From Candidatus Spyradenecus sp. (GTDB lineage: Bacteria; Verrucomicrobiota; Kiritimatiellia; RFP12; DVOR01): a stretch of DNA of 40,719 bases. This document shows positions 19,162 to 26,856 of the stretch, piece by piece; position 1 is the first letter of the stretch, and every line of letters begins with the position of its first letter. The notes beneath the pieces were generated by a model. It was not told the DNA's origin. It saw only the letters and a program-made list of their open reading frames with translations, and did not search any database. The stretch is taken from positions 1 to 40,719 of the forward strand of contig JBJFFT010000040.1 of NCBI GenBank assembly GCA_051891975.1, read 5' to 3'. The position numbers and the translations under genes were made by a program.

Positions 19162-19434
19162 ATGGAAACACCCTTCTACTTCAGAATCGAGACTCCCTCG
19201 GGCATCTTCGTCGAGGGCGAGGACATCACCCTCGTCGAAGTGACCACCGAGATCGGCCGCCTCGGCGTGATGGCCAACCACGAACCGATGGTCGCCGCCT
19301 GCCCCCCCGGCCTGATGCGCATCCGCCAGGGCGGCGAGTGGATTACCCTGCGCATCTCCCGCGCCCTCCTCGTCGTCGAACCCCACGGCGTCAAACTCCT
19401 TACGCCCCTCGCCCGCCTCGCCCTCGGCCGCTAA
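19162..19434 (+). CDS. atpC: F0F1 ATP synthase subunit epsilon, short form (beta-sandwich domain only)
   Basis: Operon position and N-terminal domain pattern (GRLGVMANHEPMVAACPPGLMRI). Only 90 aa; the C-terminal helical hairpin is absent. Confidence 0.85.
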   Translation: METPFYFRIETPSGIFVEGEDITLVEVTTEIGRLGVMANHEPMVAACPPGLMRIRQGGEWITLRISRALLVVEPHGVKLLTPLARLALGR

Positions 19435-19478
19435 CCGCGCCCCGCGCAGGCGGCTTTTCCCCGCACCCCTTTTTTGCC

Positions 19479-19561
19479 CAGGCCCTACCGCATTTCGAGG
19501 TAGGGCCTACCTCACTTTGACCTAGGGCCTACCTCGAGGCGAGCTAGGCCCTACCTTTTTT
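19479..19561. repeat. REP-like array 3 (about 4 units, 22-nt register; includes perfect palindrome GAGGTAGGGCCTACCTC at 19497-19513)
   Basis: Units at 19497, 19519 and 19541, ending in CCCTACCTTTTTT. Directly downstream of atpC, so it may act as a terminator. Confidence 0.9.
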
Positions 19562-19680
19562 AGGGTATCGCGCGGCTTCGGACGGGGGTGGGGGCACGGG
19601 GTGTGCTCTCGGGCGTTGTCTTTGGTCCCCCTCCGCGGCGGCCTGGAGCAAGAAAAGTTGCTGAAAGTAAAAAAAAGTAC

Positions 19681-19709
19681 TTGCATTTTGTTTTGCGGCT
19701 TGCTATTAT
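19681..19709 (+). promoter_or_regulatory. Strong sigma70-type promoter for the tRNA pair: TTGCAT, 17-nt spacer, TATTAT, with an A-rich UP-like tract
   Basis: Hexamers at 19681-19686 and 19704-19709, with AAAAAAAAG at 19669-19677 upstream. tRNA 5' end at 19724. Confidence 0.65.
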
Positions 19710-19723
19710 ATGCCCCGTTTTCA

Positions 19724-19800
19724 GCGCCTTTAGCTCAATTGGATAGAGCATCTGACTACGGATCAGAAGGTTGGAGGTTCAAATCCTCCAAGGCGCGCCA
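19724..19800 (+). tRNA. tRNA-Arg (anticodon ACG), CCA encoded
   Basis: Manual cloverleaf: acceptor GCGCCTT/AAGGCGC, D stem GCTC/GAGC, anticodon stem TCTGA/TCAGA with loop CTACGGA, T arm GGAGG-TTCAAAT-CCTCC, 3' GCCA. Confidence 0.9.
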
Positions 19801-19810
19801 TTCCGAATAT

Positions 19811-19887
<77 letters not shown>

Positions 19888-19891
19888 ATTT

Positions 19892-19921
19892 ACCCACCGA
19901 AGGCAACTTTGGTGGGTTTTT
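19892..19921 (+). terminator. Intrinsic terminator after the tRNA genes
   Basis: Stem ACCCACCGAAG / CTTTGGTGGGT (one G-T wobble), loop GCAA, then TTTTT. Confidence 0.75.
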
Positions 19922-19963
19922 CGTCTTGAACAGGGGCGTATACGATAGCGCGCGTGGGAAAAG

Positions 19964-19974
19964 TGTGCTATACT
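19964..19974 (+). promoter_or_regulatory. Extended -10 promoter candidate TGTGCTATACT
   Basis: Same 11-mer as at 993-1003, 32 nt upstream of ATG 20006. Confidence 0.45.
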
Positions 19975-20005
19975 TGCAGTATCTCAAAAGCGTATCGGAG
20001 TTTTT

Positions 20006-23000
20006 ATGCTGACAACTCTCTTGGACTTTTTCTGCTCGCGGCCTTTTCCGGACACGCCGACGTGGCGCCGGCGGTTGTTGTGGGCGTTGCAGGCGCTGGC
20101 GTGGGGCGTGATTGCCGCGCTGGTGGGTTGGCACTTTGCCGGGGACTTCGCCCTGCCCGGAGAGCACGTGCGGACGTTGGCGGCCTTCTCGGGGGCGTCG
20201 GCGGTTGACCGCGCGGCCTATCCGCTGCTTTGGCAGACGGTCTCGCTCTTCCTGGGGCCGGCGCCGAGTATGTTGGCCTTGAATGGGTTGGGCGCGTGCG
20301 TGATGGGGGTGCTGTTGGCGTGCACGTGGCAGGTGGTGCGCTTTTGGGTACACGATGCGATGAACGAGGACTCGGTGGCCGGGCCGAGCGGATGGGTGCC
20401 GTGCGCGACGGCGCATGTGGCGTGCGGGGCGCTGCTCTTTTCGTTGCCGGGGCTTTACGCGGCCTCGGGGTTGATGGTGGGGACGTGGAGCCTGGCGTGG
20501 CTGATGCTCTGCGTGATGCTGCAGAACCGCTATGTGATGGGCGGGGGGCACCGGCACGCGATGGCGCTCTTTGCGATGGTGCTGGGCGTGGCGGCGGTGG
20601 AGTCGCCGTGGGTGCTGTTGCTGCTGCCGCTTTTCTTCCTGCGGGCGCTGGCGATGGAGTGGCGGCTGTGGGACCATAGCGCGCGGAATCTGCCGCTGTG
20701 GTTCATCGCGTTGGTGGTGGGCGTGGTTGGGATGCTGATCTGGAATGCGCTACGGGTGTGCGAGGCGTTGACGCTCGATGGGCTGGTGCAGACCGAGCTC
20801 TCGGTGCTGCGCGTGCACATGGGGGTGCTTTCGGGGATGATTGTGGGCCATCCGTGGCTCTTCATTGTGGCTGGCGGGGTGCTCTGGCCGCTCTTGGCGT
20901 GGATTACCGCGCGCCAGCTGCTGAATAATGGCCGCGCGTGGGGCTTGCTCTTCACGGCCGTGGTGCTCTCCTTCGCGGGCTTTGGCCTCTTCTGGGGGCT
21001 GGGCGGCAAGCTGCCGCTGCCGATCTTCTACTGGCTGACGCAGGGCGAAGTGCCGCTCGCGACGGCGTGGGTGACGGCCGTGGCCGGGGTGATGATGCTC
21101 GCGGGCTGGGGCGTTCAGCTCTTTGCCAAGAACCCGAATATCTACGAGGAGCGTGATCGCCGCCACATTCCCGCGCACGTCACGGCGATGCGCGTGGGCG
21201 CCATCTTCCTGCTGCCGGTGAGCGCAATCGTCGTGGCCGTCACCCTGGGCGTGCAGACCCGCCGCTTCGCCGCGCTCGACCGCGGGATGACCCAGCGCTT
21301 CGCCGCCGAGGCGGTCGCCTCCCTGGCCGCCGAGCCGCAGACACCGGCCTCCGGTCACGTCTATGTGCTGGGCACGAGCTGGATTGACAACCACCTGCTC
21401 CTGGAAGCGCAGCGGCGCGGCCAGCCCATCACCCTCTTCTCCATCAACCGCGCGCAAGATAAGCCCTACCTCGACGACCTGCGCCAGCGCCTTCTCTCCG
21501 ACCCGCTCTTGGGCGACGCGGACCGCCTGCGCCTGACCCACCTGCTCGACTACAACTTCATCACCTTCGTGCAGGACTTCTTCGTCTCCCAGCACAACGC
21601 CGCCGAGATTGCCGCGGCCTACGACTTGGCCGACGTCTGGTACGCCGCCAAGCTGCGCCCCTTCCCCTACGGCACGCTCTACCTCGGCGCGCCGGTCGAA
21701 GGCGCGGCCGCCGCCGATCCCCTCCCGGCCAACTTGGCCCTGCGCGAGGCCTGGCGCGAGACCCTCGCCACAGAGGCTTTGCCGTGGTATGACCTCAGCG
21801 CCTCCGCGCACAGCGCCATCCGCCACCACATCGCCTTCGTCTCCAACAACCTGGGCACCTACCTCGACGACCAGCAGCGCGCCGTGGAGGCCGCCGACTG
21901 CTACTTCTATGCCTGGAAGACCGACAAGAGCAACATCTCGGCCCTCCTCAACCTCTATGATATGTCCGTCCGCCGCGGCCAGCTGGCCGAGCGCCGCGTG
22001 GAGATCAACAAGGCCTTCCAGGACTTCATCACCGCCCGCGCCAAGTCCGCCCGCAAGTACGACCTCAGCGCCGTCGGCCGCTACTACGGTTACATCCGCA
22101 ACTACGACCTCTTCGTGCAGATGGGCTGGGAGTGGGCCGTCAGCAGCGCCCCTGAGTCCGTCCTCGCCGGTCTGCGCAACGCCCAGAATGGCCTCGCCCC
22201 CACCGACCCGCGCAATGGCGCCGTGCGCGCCGTCGTGGCTGCGGTCTACGAACTGCAAGGGCAGACCGAGCGCTCTATCGAGAACTATCACGCTGCCGTG
22301 CAGATCAACCCCAAGAACGTCGAGGCCCTCCGCGGCCTGGCGCGTTTGGCCATCCAGCAGGGCAAGACCGCCGAGGCCGGGCAGTGGCTCGCCAAGGCCG
22401 AGGAGGCCGGTGCCGACCAGGACTCCCTGGACATTGACCGCACCGCCTACCTGATGGCGATGGGCGACTTGGAGGGTGCGAGCCACGCCATCGGCCGCTA
22501 CACCACCAATCACAAGGACTCCGCCGTCGGCTGGGCAATGCTCGGGATGCTCGAGATCGAGAAGGGTAATGCCGACCGCGCGGCCGGCTTCATCCTCCAG
22601 AACATCCGCCGCACCGCCCAGGGCCGCGACCTCTACTTCCAGCACGTCCTCGAAGGCCGCTTGGCGCAGTTCCACGCCCAGGAGAGTGAGAACCTCTCGC
22701 GCGACGCCACGCGCGTCCCCTCCGAGGTCGCCCGCGCCGACGCCGCCAAGCGCGCCGTCCAGCTCTGGGAAGACGCCCGCCGCCAGTACCGCCGCGCCTA
22801 CGCCATCCGCCCGAACGTCCGCGGTCTGCTCGAGCTCATCCTGGAGTTCGACCGTCGCCTGGAGGACCGCCCGGCCGCCGAAGCCGACGCGCTGGCCATC
22901 CTTCGCGAAGACACGCGCCACCCCTACGCCAACTTCATCGTCGGCTCGCAGCGCCTGGAAGACGGCGAGGCCGAGGCCGCGGTCAAGTACTTCCGCGTGG

Positions 23001-23404
23001 CCGTCGAGGGCTCCGAAGCGCCCTCTGCCAACCTGCTCAACAACTACGCCGAGGCCCTCACCCGCGTGGGCCAGGCCGAGAAGGCCAAGGAGATCGCCCT
23101 GCGCTGCGTCCAGCTTGAGGCCAAGAACTACGCCTCCTGGGCCACCTACGCCCTCGCCCTCGTCCGCGGCGGCGAAGCGGCCAAGGCCAAGACCGCCCTC
23201 GACAAGGCTCGCGAGCTGGCCGCCGAGGCCAACCTCCAGCCCGACCCGCGCGTCGGCTTCGTCGACATCTGGCTCGCCCTCAGCGCCGGCGACAAGGCTG
23301 CCGCCCAGCAGGCGCTCGCCAATCTCAAGTCCGCCCTCGGCGCCCGCGTCACCCCCTGCGACACGCGCGACCTGAAGGAGGTCGAGGCCGAGCTCGCGCG
23401 CTAG
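20006..23404 (+). CDS. Large membrane protein: N-terminal polytopic domain (about 400 aa) plus C-terminal TPR-repeat region
   Basis: Many hydrophobic segments in the first third, then TPR-like repeats (e.g. YHAAVQINPKNVEALRGLARLAIQQGKTAEA). The architecture resembles TPR-containing GT-C type transferases, but function is not established. Confidence 0.85.
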   Translation: MLTTLLDFFCSRPFPDTPTWRRRLLWALQALAWGVIAALVGWHFAGDFALPGEHVRTLAAFSGASAVDRAAYPLLWQTVSLFLGPAPSMLALNGLGACVMGVLLACTWQVVRFWVHDAMNEDSVAGPSGWVPCATAHVACGALLFSLPGLYAASGLMVGTWSLAWLMLCVMLQNRYVMGGGHRHAMALFAMVLGVAAVESPWVLLLLPLFFLRALAMEWRLWDHSARNLPLWFIALVVGVVGMLIWNALRVCEALTLDGLVQTELSVLRVHMGVLSGMIVGHPWLFIVAGGVLWPLLAWITARQLLNNGRAWGLLFTAVVLSFAGFGLFWGLGGKLPLPIFYWLTQGEVPLATAWVTAVAGVMMLAGWGVQLFAKNPNIYEERDRRHIPAHVTAMRVGAIFLLPVSAIVVAVTLGVQTRRFAALDRGMTQRFAAEAVASLAAEPQTPASGHVYVLGTSWIDNHLLLEAQRRGQPITLFSINRAQDKPYLDDLRQRLLSDPLLGDADRLRLTHLLDYNFITFVQDFFVSQHNAAEIAAAYDLADVWYAAKLRPFPYGTLYLGAPVEGAAAADPLPANLALREAWRETLATEALPWYDLSASAHSAIRHHIAFVSNNLGTYLDDQQRAVEAADCYFYAWKTDKSNISALLNLYDMSVRRGQLAERRVEINKAFQDFITARAKSARKYDLSAVGRYYGYIRNYDLFVQMGWEWAVSSAPESVLAGLRNAQNGLAPTDPRNGAVRAVVAAVYELQGQTERSIENYHAAVQINPKNVEALRGLARLAIQQGKTAEAGQWLAKAEEAGADQDSLDIDRTAYLMAMGDLEGASHAIGRYTTNHKDSAVGWAMLGMLEIEKGNADRAAGFILQNIRRTAQGRDLYFQHVLEGRLAQFHAQESENLSRDATRVPSEVARADAAKRAVQLWEDARRQYRRAYAIRPNVRGLLELILEFDRRLEDRPAAEADALAILREDTRHPYANFIVGSQRLEDGEAEAAVKYFRVAVEGSEAPSANLLNNYAEALTRVGQAEKAKEIALRCVQLEAKNYASWATYALALVRGGEAAKAKTALDKARELAAEANLQPDPRVGFVDIWLALSAGDKAAAQQALANLKSALGARVTPCDTRDLKEVEAELAR

Positions 23405-23411
23405 GCGCCCT

Positions 23412-24773
23412 ATGGACATCCTCTCGGTCAGCGCCCTCACCGCCCGCATCAAGGACCGGCTCGACGAGCTCCCGCCCGTCACCGTCGAGGGTGAAGTCTC
23501 CAACGCCCGCAAGCCCAACGCTTCGGGCCACCTCTACTTCACCCTCGGCGATGCCGACGCGCTCCCCGCCGGCCAAGCCCCCGCCAAGCTCAACGCTGCC
23601 TTCTTCAAGTGGGCCCAGCTGCGCCAAGGCGATGTCCCCACCTTCCGCGATGGTGACAAGGTCCGCGCCACCGGCCGCATCTCTCTCTACGCCCCCCACG
23701 GCTCCTACCACCTCAACGTCACCGCCCTCACTCTCTGCGACGGCACCGGCGAGCTCCTCAAGCGCAAAGAGGCCCTCCAGCGCCGTCTCCGCGCCGAAGG
23801 CCTCTGCGAGCCCACCCGCAAGCGCCCCCTCCCGCGCCTGCCCCGCCGTATCGGCATCGTCACCGCCCCCACCGGCGCAGCCATTCGAGACATCCTCAAC
23901 ATCCTCACCCGCCGCTATCCCCACCTCCACATCCTCGTCGCTCCCTGCCGCGTCCAGGGCCCCGAAGCCACCGAAGAGATCGCCCGCGCCATTGAGCTCC
24001 TCAATGCCCACTTCGGCCCCGACTCCCCCGAGCCCATCGACGCAATGATCGTCGGCCGCGGCGGCGGCTCCCTCGAGGACCTCTGGTGCTTCAACGAGGA
24101 GCGCGTGGCCCGCGCCGTCGCCGCTAGCCGCATCCCTGTCATCTCCGCCGTTGGCCACGAGCCCGACTGGGTCGTCACCGACGATGTCGCCGACCTCCGC
24201 GCGCCCACCCCCTCCGCCGCCGCCGAGCTTATCTGCGGCCGCAAGGAGGACTTCGACCGCGCCCTCGCCGCCGCCAAAGACCGCCTCATCGTCGCCCTCC
24301 GCCACGCCTACAAGGAGGCTCGCGCAACCCTCCAACGCTTCGAGCGCACCCCCCTCATCGCCGACCCCCTCCGCTACCTCGAGGGCCGCTCCCAGCGCGT
24401 CGATGCCCTCGACCTCCGCCTCGCCGCCGCCCGCGACCGCCTCCTCCACCGCCGCGCCGCCGACCTCAACGCCCTTGCCCTGCGCCTCGAGCGCGCTGGC
24501 GCCAACACCTTCCCTGCCGCCCACCAGGCCCTCGCCCAGCGCGCCGAACGCCTCACCGCCACGCTCCAGCGCGCCCTCGACCGCCGCGCCGCCGCTCTCT
24601 CCACCGCCGCCGCCAAACTCCAGGCCCTCAACCCCTACGCCGTCCTCAACCGCGGCTACGCCATCGTCGCCGGCCCCGACGCTCGCCCCCTCCTCGACCC
24701 CGCCGCTGTCTCCCCCGGTACCCCCCTCGCCATTCGCCTGGCCAAGGGCTCCCTTTCCGCCACTGCCCGCTAG
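23412..24773 (+). CDS. xseA: Exodeoxyribonuclease VII large subunit
   Basis: N-terminal OB-fold pattern VSALTARIKDRL...VEGEVSN...SGHLYFTL, then GIVTAPTGAAIRDIL, IVGRGGGSLEDLW, PVISAVGHE. Confidence 0.93.
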   Translation: MDILSVSALTARIKDRLDELPPVTVEGEVSNARKPNASGHLYFTLGDADALPAGQAPAKLNAAFFKWAQLRQGDVPTFRDGDKVRATGRISLYAPHGSYHLNVTALTLCDGTGELLKRKEALQRRLRAEGLCEPTRKRPLPRLPRRIGIVTAPTGAAIRDILNILTRRYPHLHILVAPCRVQGPEATEEIARAIELLNAHFGPDSPEPIDAMIVGRGGGSLEDLWCFNEERVARAVAASRIPVISAVGHEPDWVVTDDVADLRAPTPSAAAELICGRKEDFDRALAAAKDRLIVALRHAYKEARATLQRFERTPLIADPLRYLEGRSQRVDALDLRLAAARDRLLHRRAADLNALALRLERAGANTFPAAHQALAQRAERLTATLQRALDRRAAALSTAAAKLQALNPYAVLNRGYAIVAGPDARPLLDPAAVSPGTPLAIRLAKGSLSATAR

Positions 24774-24774
24774 G

Positions 24775-24801
24775 GTGGGGGCCTCTCGCCCCCACACCCC
24801 C
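24775..24801 (-). repeat. GC hairpin repeat family 2 copy (also a likely terminator for convergent xseA and the islet operon)
   Basis: GTGGGGGC CTCTC GCCCCCAC ACCCCC. The reverse complement matches the 12901-12928 element almost base for base. Two more small hairpins follow (GTGCG..CGCAC, CTCACG..CGTGAG). Confidence 0.75.
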
Positions 24802-24861
24802 GTGCGCCTCCTCGCACGCGGCTTATCGTGCTTCTCACGCGGGTCGTGAGTTGTGGGTTCG

Positions 24862-25278
24862 TCATCTATTCTCTGCCAGCGGCGTTTCACTGGCGCGAAC
24901 AACAGGTGATGCCGGCGCGATGAAACACGAAAACCCCGCTTGTAGGAAGAGGTGGGCAAAGGCACATAAGTGGCTTTGTCGATAGGCCGTTACTTGTGGG
25001 AGTTGGGCCGATTCCTCTTCCGGCAAAAAGACGAGCGTTTGGATCTCTGAGTCTTTAAGAGTTTGCGTGAAGCGGTCCCATGCCTGGCGCGTGGAAAACC
25101 GCCCCTCAAGGTCTAGAAACGAGATACTGCGAACGAGTGGTCCGGGTGGATCAAAGAGCTCTCGCGTCACCGTATACGGCGGCGGAAAAACACTCCGGCC
25201 GTACGCCGAATAGACAGTGAGCGAGATGCCCTGTGCTTCTACAAGCGGCAAGAAGGCTTGTGGATAGGCTTTAACCAT
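24862..25278 (-). CDS. Hypothetical protein (138 aa), last gene of the islet operon
   Basis: ATG preceded by an AGGAGGG RBS, 17 nt after the upstream stop. No family recognised. Confidence 0.6.
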   Translation of the reverse strand: MVKAYPQAFLPLVEAQGISLTVYSAYGRSVFPPPYTVTRELFDPPGPLVRSISFLDLEGRFSTRQAWDRFTQTLKDSEIQTLVFLPEEESAQLPQVTAYRQSHLCAFAHLFLQAGFSCFIAPASPVVRASETPLAENR

Positions 25279-25295
25279 TTAACCCTCCTGCTTTC

Positions 25296-25694
25296 TTACC
25301 AGGCAAAGAGGACAGAGACATTCCGCGAGAGGGCGAGTTCAAGGGCTGCCAGCACGCGTCGAACGGCGGGTTGGGCTGTGGGGGACGTTCCCTCGCCAAG
25401 GATCTCGCGCGTAATGGCAATGGCCTTGGGCACCAATCGCCGGGGAATGACCTCATCCTCGCAATCGCCAATCATAATATTCAGTTCGAACTCGAACTCG
25501 TCGAAGAGCGCAATCCACAATTCGTCCTCCTCTTTGCGAGTGAACTCAAAGTAATCGAACTCTTCTTCGGTGGGATACACCACCTCCTCTACTTCTACAT
25601 CCAAGGCCTCATCTGAGATGGAGTCTTCCGCCAATTGAGTGCGAGGCACCTTTATATAATGCGGATGATAAAAGGGCTCTGCTTGCTTGCTCAT
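25296..25694 (-). CDS. Highly acidic hypothetical protein (132 aa; 29 D/E vs 12 K/R), possible immunity/inhibitor-type protein
   Basis: AAAGGAG RBS 7 nt upstream. The ATG overlaps the TGA of the upstream start-less ORF (ATGA). An acidic stretch, EEEFDYFEFTRKEEDELWIALFDEFEFE, loosely recalls the barstar YYGENLDALWDCL region by eye only. Confidence 0.6.
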   Translation of the reverse strand: MSKQAEPFYHPHYIKVPRTQLAEDSISDEALDVEVEEVVYPTEEEFDYFEFTRKEEDELWIALFDEFEFELNIMIGDCEDEVIPRRLVPKAIAITREILGEGTSPTAQPAVRRVLAALELALSRNVSVLFAW

Positions 25695-25978
25695 CGTGAC
25701 ATCTCCTTTCGCTTTAAGATGTAAAAGTGGGTTAATTCGTACTGTTCGGCTTTTGAGCGATGCACACGCTCACCGGAAGCGGTCTTCTTCCACTTAACAC
25801 TTTTCCCGTTGATATCGTAGTAGACAAGTCTTCCGGTCTTGGAACTTTGCCGTGCCAGACGGCAATATCCACCACCGACATCTGCTACAACAATCCATCC
25901 GGTCGTCTTGTCAGTGAAGTAGACCTTTTCAGTTGCGGCGTTCCAAAAGACGTTTTGATGATTGGAATGCCGTGTTGC
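25691..25978 (-). pseudogene. Start-less open frame (95 codons, -1 relative to the XRE ORF), basic; either a frameshifted continuation of the XRE gene or an orphan toxin-like fragment
   Basis: Translated by hand: ATRHSNHQNVFWNAATEKVYFTDKTTGWIVVADVGGGYCRLARQSSKTGRLVYYDINGKSVKWKKTASGERVHRSKAEQYELTHFYILKRKEMSR. There is no in-frame ATG or TTG, and the only in-frame GTG leaves just 24 codons. It ends in an ATGA overlap with the next gene. 16 K/R vs 7 D/E after the overlap region. Confidence 0.45.
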
Positions 25979-26442
25979 TCAAGCAATGCGCAAACATTGT
26001 CGATTGGCCCCTCCGGCACTACCCACGCTTGGCGCACTGCAGCGGCCATCTCTTCCGGCGTTCGCCCTTGACGTTCGATCAGTTGCGAGGTAATTGGCTG
26101 CCTTTTCGCAAGGTCCAGCACATCAAGTGCCCGCAACCGCATACGGGCCTCTATTTTAGAACAGAGTTTCACAGGCAGCGCTTTCCGCTTCCGGTGGAAC
26201 ACCAGTCCCGACGTGAGTTCTCCTGAAGCTTGCGAGAAGAAATCTTCGCGATATCCTAGTGCAGACAATTTCTCGAAGACGCTCTCCGTAAGCGCAAGCC
26301 TACCCGATTCGTACTTACTAAGCGCAGACTGATGAACCCCAAGCAAGCCTGCGAAGTCGGCTTGCGAGGCTCCTCTTGCCTCTCGGATTAAGCGCAATAG
26401 TACTGAAGCGGTCATATCGAGTGCTCCTAATTGACGTGTCAT
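25885..26442 (-). CDS. XRE-family HTH regulator carrying only the N-terminal part of an ImmA/IrrE-type (DUF955) domain; apparently truncated
   Basis: HTH: LLRLIREARGASQADFAGLLGVHQSALSKYESG. The linker and start of the ImmA/IrrE-like region (AAAVRQAWVVPEGPIDNVCALLEQHGIPIIKTSFGTPQL) stop before any HExxH motif. Confidence 0.75.
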   Translation of the reverse strand: MTRQLGALDMTASVLLRLIREARGASQADFAGLLGVHQSALSKYESGRLALTESVFEKLSALGYREDFFSQASGELTSGLVFHRKRKALPVKLCSKIEARMRLRALDVLDLAKRQPITSQLIERQGRTPEEMAAAVRQAWVVPEGPIDNVCALLEQHGIPIIKTSFGTPQLKRSTSLTRRPDGLL

Positions 26443-26468
26443 ACTGTAGCAGACTTGTTTTATAAATG

Positions 26469-26483
26469 CAGGGATTATTCCTG
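26469..26483. promoter_or_regulatory. Near-perfect 15-bp palindrome CAGGGATTATTCCTG, candidate operator for the XRE regulator
   Basis: Seven arm pairs, one a G-T wobble. Lies 27 nt upstream of ATG 26442, next to a TATAAA -10-like element on the minus strand. Confidence 0.4.
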
Positions 26484-26784
26484 ATTTAATCTCCCATATT
26501 ATGACTCATTCTATTCTTCCAGTCAGGAGAGCGCGCTTGTTCTAGCATAGAGGATGTCTAGCGCGGTCACATTACAAGGTACTTTTTAGCACAAGTCGAC
26601 CCCCAAAGTTCAGGCCTTGTTTCACTTGCGTCAGTTGGCTGTTGACTGCTCATCAGACCCGTCCGTAGCCTGGCGGAGCAGACCACGGGACAGTGCTCGC
26701 CAGCAGTCACCCTTGCTGTCCCCTCTGGCTCCTTCTCCGCCACCGTCACGCGCTAAATCGCCTGACCCCAATAGACTCCGCACC

Positions 26785-26839
26785 GAGGTCATTTTGACCT
26801 CGGGCCTAGCTCATTTTGACCTAGGGCCTACCTCAAAAG
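26785..26839. repeat. REP-like array 4 (degenerate, about 2.5 units, 22-nt register)
   Basis: GAGGTCATTTT, then GACCTCGGGCCTAGCTCATTTT, then GACCTAGGGCCTACCTCAAAAG. Immediately downstream of the ppk stop. Confidence 0.8.
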
Positions 26840-26856
26840 GGGGTATGCGCGGGGGA

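Larger units (their letters stand above)
24850..26620. other. Low-GC accessory islet (four minus-strand ORFs) between xseA and ppk
   Basis: Hand counts of 60-nt lines: 27/60 G+C at 25261-25320 and 19/60 at 26461-26520, versus 41/60 at 23401-23460. Bounded by a family-2 hairpin (24775-24801) and a degenerate REP array (26785-26839). Confidence 0.7.

Noticed and set aside
19435-19480. Frameshifted continuation of atpC encoding the missing C-terminal helices
   Set aside because: The downstream sequence is a C/T-rich spacer followed by the REP array. No frame is open with helix-like sequence.
24862-24879. Imperfect direct repeat TCATCTATTCTCTGCCAG (24862-24879) versus TCATTCTATTCTTCCAG (26506-26522), as possible target-site duplication of the islet
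   Set aside because: Only an 8-nt exact core (TCTATTCT) is shared. The left copy lies inside the coding end of the 138-aa ORF. A match of this size in AT-richer DNA is not convincing without comparative data.
20750-24965. Minus-strand ORFs 20750-23518 and 23349-24965; similar cases at 5299-7035, 26863-28221, 30281-31234 and 36380-38056
   Set aside because: All overlap motif-supported genes on the other strand or frame and show GC-driven low-complexity translations.
25794-25898. 34-codon Cys-rich ORF (MDCCSRCRWW...) in the third minus-strand frame
   Set aside because: It is short, has no RBS, overlaps the longer open frame, and shows no coupling signal.
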